Positions 7,246-15,440 of a stretch of DNA of 28,956 bases are shown piece after piece. The translations under genes were made by a program, and so were the position numbers. How positions within the stretch are numbered: the first letter of the stretch is position 1; every line of letters begins with the position of its first letter. This stretch comes from Candidatus Dojkabacteria bacterium. Lineage in GTDB: Bacteria; Patescibacteriota; Dojkabacteria; SC72. The stretch is from assembly GCA_012511375.1 (NCBI GenBank), contig JAAZGF010000017.1, positions 1 to 28,956 of the forward strand, read 5' to 3'. Below the pieces are notes generated by a model. That model saw only the letters and a list, made by a program, of their open reading frames with translations, was not told the DNA's origin and did no database searches.

Positions 7246-8520
7246 ATGAAAAAATTATATGTATTTTTCGCTTTTTTGTTTACCTTTTTACTTCCACTTT
7301 CTGCAATGGCAGCTGTAAATATTGCCTTAGATGATACATCTTCTAGCGAAGAATATAGTGTTTCCGTTTCCATTGATACGGGGATCGAAATGCTTGATAC
7401 TCTTGTTCTCCCAATAGAATTTTCTGACAATGTTGTAATCACAGATGTGCTTACAGGTAGTGTAATTTGTAGCAAGTTTGACTTTGTAGAAAATAATAAT
7501 ATTTTAACTATAACTTGTGAATTAGATACCCCATCATCCTTAAATGCTGTTTTAGCAAATATAGAATTTACATCTACTTCTGATGAGTATTCCTTTAAAG
7601 TTTTAGATGATAATTCTAGTTTAGATATAGGAGGTTTAGGTTTAGGGGCAATTACTAATATAGGTTCAACAGAAACTACTACTAACAGAATAGCAACAGA
7701 AGAGATTGATGCTATCCCTATAAATGAAGAAACTGAGGATGATTTTCTTGTAACATCTGACCAACCAGTAGAGGAAACAGCTTCTAGTACAGAAGGAATT
7801 ATGACTTTCCTGCCGTATATTTTAATAGGAGGATCAGTTGTTCTTTTGATTACCATCTTAGCTATTATATTCAGCAAGAAAGGAACATCAAAGAAGTCTG
7901 AATATATTCCTGTCGAAAATCCAACTCCTCAAGACAGTACTGTTCCTGTACAAAATGAAGAAAACACTTTAAAAGACATGGTTAATAATACTGCTACTCC
8001 TATTGAAGAGACACCTATACCTACTCCACCTGTACAAGATACTCCTGCTCCTGTTATGCCTACAATACAAGAGACACCAGCTCCTACTATGCCTCCAATG
8101 GAAGAGATTCCAATAAGTTCTGAACCTCTACAACAAGCACAACCAACAACAGAGGAACAAGATTTAGAGGAGATATTGAGAAGTGAAAATAGTACTCCTG
8201 TAGAACCAATGGGAATGCCTTCAAATACTCCTCCAGTACAACCAATGGATCAACCTGTTATCCATCCTGAAGCAATGCAACCTCAAACAATGGAGACAGT
8301 AGATGTTTCCTCACAACCACAACCATCTCCTGAAGATATGTTGTCTAATAATGTCGCAAGGGAATTAAATCAAATGCAAGATACAGGTAGTGGAATTGAT
8401 TTACAAGGGGGAATGCAAGAACCAGTTGAACCGCAGCCCACACAAGGATTTGATACTCCACAAGGAGGAGAAGTTGACCAACAAGAAGAGAGTATGCCCC
8501 CCATACCACCAACTATGTAG
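7246..8520 (+). CDS. Single-pass surface protein: signal peptide, cohesin-like beta-sandwich, TM helix, Pro/Gln/Thr/Glu-rich disordered tail
   Basis: Signal peptide MKKLYVFFAFLFTFLLPLSAMA, a beta-rich domain (YSVSVSIDTG...LANIEF), TM ILIGGSVVLLITILAIIF followed by KK, then a low-complexity C-terminus. The cohesin fold is inferred. Confidence 0.7.
   Translation: MKKLYVFFAFLFTFLLPLSAMAAVNIALDDTSSSEEYSVSVSIDTGIEMLDTLVLPIEFSDNVVITDVLTGSVICSKFDFVENNNILTITCELDTPSSLNAVLANIEFTSTSDEYSFKVLDDNSSLDIGGLGLGAITNIGSTETTTNRIATEEIDAIPINEETEDDFLVTSDQPVEETASSTEGIMTFLPYILIGGSVVLLITILAIIFSKKGTSKKSEYIPVENPTPQDSTVPVQNEENTLKDMVNNTATPIEETPIPTPPVQDTPAPVMPTIQETPAPTMPPMEEIPISSEPLQQAQPTTEEQDLEEILRSENSTPVEPMGMPSNTPPVQPMDQPVIHPEAMQPQTMETVDVSSQPQPSPEDMLSNNVARELNQMQDTGSGIDLQGGMQEPVEPQPTQGFDTPQGGEVDQQEESMPPIPPTM
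8002..8097 (+). repeat. Imperfect in-frame tandem repeat (30/33/33 bp; IEETPIPTPP / VQDTPAPVMPT / IQETPAPTMPP)
   Basis: gtacaagatactcctgctcctgttatgcctaca (8032-8064) versus atacaagagacaccagctcctactatgcctcca (8065-8097). Confidence 0.6.
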
Positions 8521-8526
8521 GAAAGG

Positions 8527-9093
8527 CTATTTAAAATTTTTCCACATATTACTGCCTTTTACCTTAAGGTCTCCTTTGTATTTGCTACCTAATCCTTTAC
8601 TCCCATAAGGCTTACTACAATCATCATCTAGCTCTTCAAAAGCAATTTGTGCTATCTTCATACCTGGATATATCTTTATAGGCAAAGGAGAAAGGTTTAC
8701 TAATTCCAAAGTTAATCTCAATTTATTCCCCGGATCTAAAAACCCAGCTGTTACATGAACAATTAAACCTAACCTAGCCAATGAACTTTTACCTTCTAAT
8801 CTTCCTACATGTCTAGAATTAACACCTGTTATCTCCTTAACATTGGCCAAAACAAGCTCATGAGGATGGATTATAATACCATCTGATGCCTTCTTAACAA
8901 CTATCTCTCTCATCAATCCCTTAGTTTTTTCTTTAACATCTATCATCCCTATACTCTCCTTGTTAAAAACCAAAAAATATTTATCTAAATGCAAATCATA
9001 AGATGCAGGTTGGAGGAACTCTTCAGAGAATGGTTCTATACATATCTCTCCTTTCTCCCTTTTCTCTTTAATACTTTTATCTGATAGTATCAT
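8527..9093 (-). CDS. dcd: dCTP deaminase (probably the dUMP-forming bifunctional type)
   Basis: MILSD, LQPASYDLHL, EGKSSLARLG, HVTAGFLDPG, TLELVN, GMKIAQI, PYGSK...KY. Confidence 0.93.
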   Translation of the reverse strand: MILSDKSIKEKREKGEICIEPFSEEFLQPASYDLHLDKYFLVFNKESIGMIDVKEKTKGLMREIVVKKASDGIIIHPHELVLANVKEITGVNSRHVGRLEGKSSLARLGLIVHVTAGFLDPGNKLRLTLELVNLSPLPIKIYPGMKIAQIAFEELDDDCSKPYGSKGLGSKYKGDLKVKGSNMWKNFK

Positions 9094-9114
9094 TTTCTAT
9101 ATTTAATAATCTAA

Positions 9115-10710
9115 TTAACCCCTATCTACAAATTGATGTTTATCATCTATTTTAGGCTCTATGATTTTCTTTAAAAGAGGAACCCATATCGAATCCATAT
9201 ATGTTAAGCTCCTTAACCATTCATATACTAATTTCCTGTAAGATATGTGCCCACCATTCCTAGTTCTTAGATTAACCACATACTGTAAATCATCAAAAGA
9301 ACCGTAATATATATATCTTGTATTGTGAGCATAAGGAAGCATATATTTCGTAAACTCATCACAAACTTCTTTAGATACTACTTCTTTGGCCATTTCTCTC
9401 CACCCCCTAATTTGGGTATAGGTGTCTTCTAATCTACTCTCATACTCTTTCCTTAGTTTAGAAAATACAGGAATTTCTAGATAATTACATAAGTAATAGC
9501 ATTGATCATTTCTCCTCCCTAACTCCTGATCCATATCTATCTGATCATGTAGTAGAGGCATAAACCTCTCCATACTCCTATGCCTATTTAAATCTTTTAG
9601 AGTACCTAAGGATGCAAAACCTTCTATCTTAATTGCCCCTGACTGCCCAATATTGCCTAATTGATTGTGATGATCATGCTTATCAAATATTATCTCCCCT
9701 ATCTTCTCTTGATCACTCTCTGAGAATTCAAATTCTCTTTTTGAGCCCAAAGGATTTATCAAAGCCTCATAATGAGAGAGTAATGCCTCCATACAGTCAG
9801 GTGAATATGATATTTTTATAGCCTCTTGTTCACTTTCAGGAAGATTTGTAATCTGTTCTTTAGAAAGCTCTTTCTCTAACAAAGAAATTATCTCTTTGGT
9901 AGAATCCCTTCTACAACAATTTGGATCAGTATGCCTTATTAACCCATCCGCTTCTTTAATGTATCCTCTCACATCTAAATTAGAATCTCCCAATATATTT
10001 AACAACATATTGGATATCTCATTATCTGCAACAGAATCACTTGCACACATAAAGCTAATTCGTTCAGACCATGCCCTAGCTGACATTAGAAAAGCAGAAC
10101 TTGAATTATGTCCATAAGGAAGTAAGTATCTAGCAGTATCAAATGCTCTAGCAGTTAAAGCAGAATTTTCCTGTGCACTATCTTCGTTTATTTTAAAAAA
10201 CTTTTTTAATTGTTCTTTTGTTGGTTTAAGTAGCTCCTTGTAATCTTTGAACTGTTTAAGCATTATCCTCTCATATTCTTTACTTACCTCTCTATCATTA
10301 CAAACCTCCTTTGGAATTTTGATAAATTCAGGATATTGAAAATCTTGAAACCTGGTAGACCTTTCTTGTCCTGATATCACGGGCGATGAATAGAAGATTT
10401 TCATTACTACTGCCATTGGGATATTCTCTATACACACAAAAAGATCTGCCATATCTCCTACCGATTTATGTCCATACCCTGCGAATATCTTTTCTAATCT
10501 TTCTGCTGCATCCGTATTGTTTTTAATAATCTCAGATGCAATATCTACTATGGAATCTGCAGATCTACTGTATCTTGCCCCTAGATATGCATTAATAGAA
10601 GGCTGTTTAGATTCACAGTTCTGCAAGAGAGTATGGACTTTGAAATTATTCCACTCAGACTCTGCTCTTAAGGATGCTATGTGCAAATCTTTCCTGAAAC
10701 TTAATTTCAT
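9115..10710 (-). CDS. thyX: Tandem-domain FAD-dependent thymidylate synthase ThyX
   Basis: YGHKSVGD, SGQERSTRF, FDTARYLLP, and a second domain with DLNRHR and GGHISYR. It is 531 aa, about twice the size of a single-domain ThyX. Confidence 0.87.
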   Translation of the reverse strand: MKLSFRKDLHIASLRAESEWNNFKVHTLLQNCESKQPSINAYLGARYSRSADSIVDIASEIIKNNTDAAERLEKIFAGYGHKSVGDMADLFVCIENIPMAVVMKIFYSSPVISGQERSTRFQDFQYPEFIKIPKEVCNDREVSKEYERIMLKQFKDYKELLKPTKEQLKKFFKINEDSAQENSALTARAFDTARYLLPYGHNSSSAFLMSARAWSERISFMCASDSVADNEISNMLLNILGDSNLDVRGYIKEADGLIRHTDPNCCRRDSTKEIISLLEKELSKEQITNLPESEQEAIKISYSPDCMEALLSHYEALINPLGSKREFEFSESDQEKIGEIIFDKHDHHNQLGNIGQSGAIKIEGFASLGTLKDLNRHRSMERFMPLLHDQIDMDQELGRRNDQCYYLCNYLEIPVFSKLRKEYESRLEDTYTQIRGWREMAKEVVSKEVCDEFTKYMLPYAHNTRYIYYGSFDDLQYVVNLRTRNGGHISYRKLVYEWLRSLTYMDSIWVPLLKKIIEPKIDDKHQFVDRG

Positions 10711-10723
10711 ATATTTTGTACTT

Positions 10724-11947
10724 TTAATTTATACCTGGAATAGGAAATCGTAGAGCGAAGTTTTTAATATCTTCTCTTTTTTGTTTAAGATATTCTTCAT
10801 TATCCATATTCTTTAAGACATCATCTATATATTCTGCTACCTTAATCATTTCCTCTTCTTTCATTCCTCTTGTTGTTAATGCTGGAGTTCCTACCCTTAT
10901 ACCAGAGGGATCCCAAGGTTTTCTAGTATCATTAGGTATAGTATTCTTGTTCACAGTAATATTTGCTCTCTCCAATATAGTAGATACCTCTTCTCCTCCT
11001 ACTTCTCGTAGACCTTTAGAACCTTCTAAATCCAAAAGAAAGAGATGGTTATCTGTTCCTCCGGAAACTATCTTGTATCCTTTTCTAGATAGCTCTTTAG
11101 AAAGGATTTTAGCGTTTTTAATAACTTGTTGAGAATACTTTTTAAATTCTTTTGTACCTGCTTCTCTCAATGCTACTGCTATTGCTGCTGTAATATGATT
11201 GTGTGGGCCTCCCTGTAGACCAGGAAATACAGCCTTATCTATTACTTCTCCATATTCACTTTTACACATAATCATAGCCCCCCTAGGCCCTCTAAGAGTC
11301 TTGTGCGTTGTTGTAGTAACTACGTCTGCATACTCTACTGGAGATGGATACTCTCCTGCTGCAATTAACCCTGCAACATGCGCTATATCAGCAACAAGAT
11401 ATGCACCTACTTCATCTGCTATTTTCCTAAACTGTTTCCAATCAATAATTCTAGAATATGCTGAAAAACCTGCCCAAATTAATTTAGGAGAGTGTTCTTT
11501 GGCTAGTTTTAATACTTCATCATAGTTAATATATCCATCATCATCCACACCATAACTTCTAGAATCAAAATAACTACCTGATATTGACACTTTAAATCCA
11601 TGAGTCAAATGCCCTCCTGAATCTAAAGACATCCCTAAAGTCCTATCACCTGGTTTAAGTAACGCAAAATGTACCGCTAGGTTTGCAGGAGATCCAGAAT
11701 ATGGCTGTACATTAACATGCTCCACACCAAAAAGATCCTTTGCTAATTGAATCGCCTCCCTTTCTATTTCATCAACATACTCATTCCCCTTGTAATATCT
11801 TTTACCAGGATATCCCTCTGAATACTTGTTCGTAAGAATAGAGCCCATACATTGCAATACTGATTCAGATACATAATTCTCTGATGCTATTAACTCCAAG
11901 CCTTCTAGTTGTCTTTGAGATTCCTTTTGAATTAACTCTTCTATCAT
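10724..11947 (-). CDS. glyA: Serine hydroxymethyltransferase
   Basis: ELIASEN, NKYSEGYPGKRYY, VQPYSGSPAN, GGHLTHG, PLP-lysine motif TTTTHKTLRGPRG, SGIRVGTPALTTRG. Confidence 0.98.
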   Translation of the reverse strand: MIEELIQKESQRQLEGLELIASENYVSESVLQCMGSILTNKYSEGYPGKRYYKGNEYVDEIEREAIQLAKDLFGVEHVNVQPYSGSPANLAVHFALLKPGDRTLGMSLDSGGHLTHGFKVSISGSYFDSRSYGVDDDGYINYDEVLKLAKEHSPKLIWAGFSAYSRIIDWKQFRKIADEVGAYLVADIAHVAGLIAAGEYPSPVEYADVVTTTTHKTLRGPRGAMIMCKSEYGEVIDKAVFPGLQGGPHNHITAAIAVALREAGTKEFKKYSQQVIKNAKILSKELSRKGYKIVSGGTDNHLFLLDLEGSKGLREVGGEEVSTILERANITVNKNTIPNDTRKPWDPSGIRVGTPALTTRGMKEEEMIKVAEYIDDVLKNMDNEEYLKQKREDIKNFALRFPIPGIN

Positions 11948-12014
11948 CTCAAAGCATTTTACATTAAAACAAGAACCCTTTAAAGGCCCATAGTGAAAGT
12001 TGTAGTGGTTTTGA

Positions 12015-12869
12015 TTAGCTTAATCTTTTGGAAGCAATGCTAACAACATTTTCCATTAAACAAGCAACTGTCATTGGTCCAACTCCACCTGGAACAGGAG
12101 TTATATATGAAGGGATACCTGATACCTCTTCTATATCTACATCTCCTACTACTTTACCTGTTTTAGGATGCCTGTTTGAACCAACATCTATTAAAACAAC
12201 CTCATGAGTTAAAAAACTCGAATCAACAAAAAGAGGTATTCCTGTAGCTGACACTAATATTTCTGCTTGTTTAGATATTTCTTTAATATTAGGGGTTTTA
12301 GAATTACAAATAGTGACTGTAGCATCTCTTCTTAACAAAAGAGCACTAAGAGGAATACCTACAATATTACTAGAACCTAATATCACAACCCTTTTTCCAG
12401 AAACTTCAATATTATACTCTTCTAAAAGCCTTAGTATCCCTAAGGGAGTTGCTGGAGGGATAGCTCTTGGATCATTAAGAAAAAGTCTTCCTAGATTTAC
12501 AGAAGTTAATCCATCAACATCTTTTTTGGGATCTATACTTTCTAGAACCAAATTACTATCTATATGATCAGGCAAAGGTAGTTGAACCATGAAAGCATCA
12601 GTATGTTGGAACTCATTTAATGCTTTTACTAGATTTACAACCTCTTTTGTAGAAATATCCTCCTGTAAATGATGTGTTTGACAAGTAATTCCTAACTCTC
12701 TTGCTGTTTTCTCTTTCATCTTTACATACTTAATACTACCAAAATCATCTCCTACTAAGATTAAATCCAATCTAGGAGCTCTTTCACCTCTCATTGTTGA
12801 TTTTTCTACTTTCGTAGAAATTTCATCAAATATTTTTTGCGATAGTAATTTACCATCTAAGATTTTCAT
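12015..12869 (-). CDS. folD: Methylene-THF dehydrogenase/cyclohydrolase FolD
   Basis: YVKMK, VQLPLP, KDVDG, PATPLGI, GSSNIVGIP, IDVG, ITPVPGGVGPMTVACL. Confidence 0.97.
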   Translation of the reverse strand: MKILDGKLLSQKIFDEISTKVEKSTMRGERAPRLDLILVGDDFGSIKYVKMKEKTARELGITCQTHHLQEDISTKEVVNLVKALNEFQHTDAFMVQLPLPDHIDSNLVLESIDPKKDVDGLTSVNLGRLFLNDPRAIPPATPLGILRLLEEYNIEVSGKRVVILGSSNIVGIPLSALLLRRDATVTICNSKTPNIKEISKQAEILVSATGIPLFVDSSFLTHEVVLIDVGSNRHPKTGKVVGDVDIEEVSGIPSYITPVPGGVGPMTVACLMENVVSIASKRLS

Positions 12870-12891
12870 ACTCTGAATATTCTATCACAAG

Positions 12892-14700
12892 TTAAGATCT
12901 TCTTTTTGTCTCTTTGTACAGCTTCCCTTTCTCCTTCATTAATTCATCCCATGATCCTGATTCTACTATTTTACCTTTATCAAAATAGTAGATTCTATCA
13001 AAATCCTTAAGATAATTAATACTTCTTGTAATATATATTACTGACCGAGTCTCTCCTGCAAATTCAAAGATATTACTAAGTATCTCTCTTGCCGAAATAT
13101 CATCTATGAATGTAAATGGCTCATCCATTATAAATATGTTTCTGTTTCTGTAGAGCATTCTGGCTATTGAAAGTCTCTGCCAATATCCTGGAGAGAGTTC
13201 CTTTCCAGAAGGAAATGTTTTTCCTAATATATTACTATTTTTAAAATTCATCTGTTTCTTAAATTTAGTAACTTGGGCTATTTTACTTACCTTTTCAAAA
13301 AGTTTTCTGTCTACATTCTTCCGTTGCCCTGCAATAACGATATTTTCTTCTAAGCTAAAATGATAATTAACAAAATCTTGGAATATTACAGAGAGCTTTT
13401 TCTTTAACTGACCTCTATCCAAATCTTGAATATCATGTCCATCTATTAGATACTCTCCTTCATTTACCCTGTATAGTCCAGCTAGAATCTTTACAACACT
13501 AGTTCTCCCTGAACCATCTCCTCCAAAGAAAGCTATCTTTTCTCCAGGCTTTACCTCTAAATTCAAATTACTCAATATTTTAGTCCCTGGATCATCTGGA
13601 TATTCAAAATTAAGGTTTTTAAACTCAAGAGTAGGAGTTTCTTCTCCAAGTTTAATACTACCATGCTTAGAATCACCAAAACCTTGATATTCAATTAAAT
13701 CAAAAAACTCCTCAACATATTCTAAATTATTAGACATCAAAGATATAGCATTTATTATTTCATAAATACTCGCATATACTACTCCTACATAATCAAAGAG
13801 AGCTTTAAATGTACCAAAAGTTAACCCTTTTGCTATAGATACAGCTAAAACATATATTATATATCCATATTTAAGTGTTTCCCCTATTACAGAGTATGCT
13901 GTTTGATCTTTAGTGAAATTGAAGTGTTTTTTTAACAAACCTTTTACATATTGTTCATACTCTTCACTATATTTCCTTTTTAAATGGGAATATATATTAT
14001 TTACTCTTAGTTCTGCAAAATTTGCTATCCTTATACCTAAATTCTGTATATAGTTAAGAAACTTAATCTTGCCTGTCTGTTCGTCTTGATAAATCCTTAT
14101 CTGCTTCCTTCTATAATGGGTTGCTACTGTCTCAGGAAGAACAAAAATCAAGAAGAGGAATACACTCCAACGCATAGTTCCAAAAAGAATAATTCCAGCA
14201 CTAAACAATCTGATTGTATTACTAAGTACAGTAGAGAAATTTTCATATGTGGATACTATTCTTTCTACAGAAAACGAAGGTACAAACACAAGCATATCCT
14301 GGAAATCTTCTGTCTCAATATCCTCCAAGTTTGTATCTGATATCTTTTGTAAAATATCCTCTTGAGAGTCCTTCTTTATATTTTCATTAATGCAGTGATG
14401 TAGATATTCACGAATACGTTTACATATCTGTGCAACAATCCAAAGAAGAAGAATTAAGAGAAGATAAAAGAACGAATCAGTACTTAAATATTCTTTTAAT
14501 TGGAAAGAGTTCCAGCTAAGTAAAATATTTGTAGTTTCATCAATAAATTTCCCAAGAATGGTAATTCCATATATTTCAGCAGCAGTAGAAATCACAAACA
14601 AAATATCCCTTAATACTGTTACAGCTGGGTACTTGGAATATATGAACTTAAGAGTCCTTGTTAATGCAAAGATTTTTCTTTTAGTTTTCTGTACAATCAT
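12892..14700 (-). CDS. ABC exporter-type fused permease/ATPase with a degenerate nucleotide-binding domain
   Basis: N-terminal multi-TM domain. The NBD has GGDGSGRTS, VIFQDF, LSPGYWQRLSIAR and MDEP. The start is placed at ATG 14700, 6 nt below a minus-strand TGcTATTAT box, rather than at 14745. Confidence 0.88.
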   Translation of the reverse strand: MIVQKTKRKIFALTRTLKFIYSKYPAVTVLRDILFVISTAAEIYGITILGKFIDETTNILLSWNSFQLKEYLSTDSFFYLLLILLLWIVAQICKRIREYLHHCINENIKKDSQEDILQKISDTNLEDIETEDFQDMLVFVPSFSVERIVSTYENFSTVLSNTIRLFSAGIILFGTMRWSVFLFLIFVLPETVATHYRRKQIRIYQDEQTGKIKFLNYIQNLGIRIANFAELRVNNIYSHLKRKYSEEYEQYVKGLLKKHFNFTKDQTAYSVIGETLKYGYIIYVLAVSIAKGLTFGTFKALFDYVGVVYASIYEIINAISLMSNNLEYVEEFFDLIEYQGFGDSKHGSIKLGEETPTLEFKNLNFEYPDDPGTKILSNLNLEVKPGEKIAFFGGDGSGRTSVVKILAGLYRVNEGEYLIDGHDIQDLDRGQLKKKLSVIFQDFVNYHFSLEENIVIAGQRKNVDRKLFEKVSKIAQVTKFKKQMNFKNSNILGKTFPSGKELSPGYWQRLSIARMLYRNRNIFIMDEPFTFIDDISAREILSNIFEFAGETRSVIYITRSINYLKDFDRIYYFDKGKIVESGSWDELMKEKGKLYKETKRRS

Positions 14701-14705
14701 TAAGA

Positions 14706-14712
14706 TATAATA
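14706..14712. promoter_or_regulatory. Overlapping bidirectional -10 boxes
   Basis: TATAAT on the plus strand (14706-14711) overlaps TATTAT on the minus strand (14707-14712) within the 34-bp gap between divergent genes. Confidence 0.5.
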
Positions 14713-14734
14713 GCATGAGAATGAAAGAGAGAAA

Positions 14735-15196
14735 ATGAGGGACACAGAATTTTTAGAAAATATTCTTTATGATTTATGGGAAAATCATTTTTGTGATGTA
14801 CCCAGACATAATCTTGTTATTATAAAATATGGTAAGTTCTCTAAAAGACAGCTAGGGTCCATTAAAATAGCAAATAGTAAAACAAAAATTAAAAAAATGT
14901 TAAAAGAGAAATGGAATGATCTTTTAGCTCAGGATGATAAAAGTATTACCGTTATTACTATTTCCAGATATTTCCAAAACGAGATTATCCCTGAATTTGT
15001 TCTAAGAGCAGTAGTTGCTCATGAACTTTGTCATTATACTCATGGTTTCAGTTCTCCACTAGAAAAAAGATTTAATAATCCACACCAAGGGAGTGTTGTA
15101 AAGAAAGAACTTAAAAAAAGAGGTCTTTGGGAAGAACAAGAGAAAGCAGATGAGTGGATTGAAAAGCATTGGAGAAGGATAGTATCAGGAAAGTAA
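14735..15196 (+). CDS. SprT-like zinc metallopeptidase-domain protein (HExxH)
   Basis: VVAHELCHYTHG, KRQLGSI, upstream beta-strand ITVITISR, and downstream PHQG. Confidence 0.7.
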   Translation: MRDTEFLENILYDLWENHFCDVPRHNLVIIKYGKFSKRQLGSIKIANSKTKIKKMLKEKWNDLLAQDDKSITVITISRYFQNEIIPEFVLRAVVAHELCHYTHGFSSPLEKRFNNPHQGSVVKKELKKRGLWEEQEKADEWIEKHWRRIVSGK

Positions 15197-15325
15197 TTTC
15201 TTTATTTCTGCAATTTTATAGAGAATTTCCTGTATGTCTTTTTTGTTAATATATACCTGATTTTCCAGTTTAAAGAACAGGATATGTAAATCTTCTAATA
15301 ATAGTTCTAAATGTTTTCTATTCAT
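15185..15325 (-). CDS. Unannotated 46-aa ORF (MNRKHLELLLEDLHILFFKLENQVYINKKDIQEILYKIAEIKKLLS)
   Basis: Hand-translated ATG to TGA. A TATTAT lies 5 nt upstream of the ATG, the same geometry as other genes here. It fills otherwise empty space divergent from the XRE gene. Confidence 0.45.
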   Translation of the reverse strand: MNRKHLELLLEDLHILFFKLENQVYINKKDIQEILYKIAEIKKLLS

Positions 15326-15440
15326 ATTTCATAATATCTCTTCTTTCTTACATTTTTCTTACTTATTCAACACATCCTTTCTCTTTTAAGAAATACCCTT
15401 CTATTCCATAATATTTAATATGTAAATAGAATCTATATAT

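Noticed and set aside
7194-7877. 227-aa minus-strand ORF
   Set aside because: Ser/Val/Ile-rich antisense mirror of the surface-protein gene, which has a signal peptide, TM and promoter.
8390-14340. Short ORFs overlapping dcd, thyX, glyA, folD and the ABC gene (8390, 9633, 9896, 10517, 10947, 11199, 12313, 14086)
   Set aside because: Antisense or frame shadows of conserved genes.
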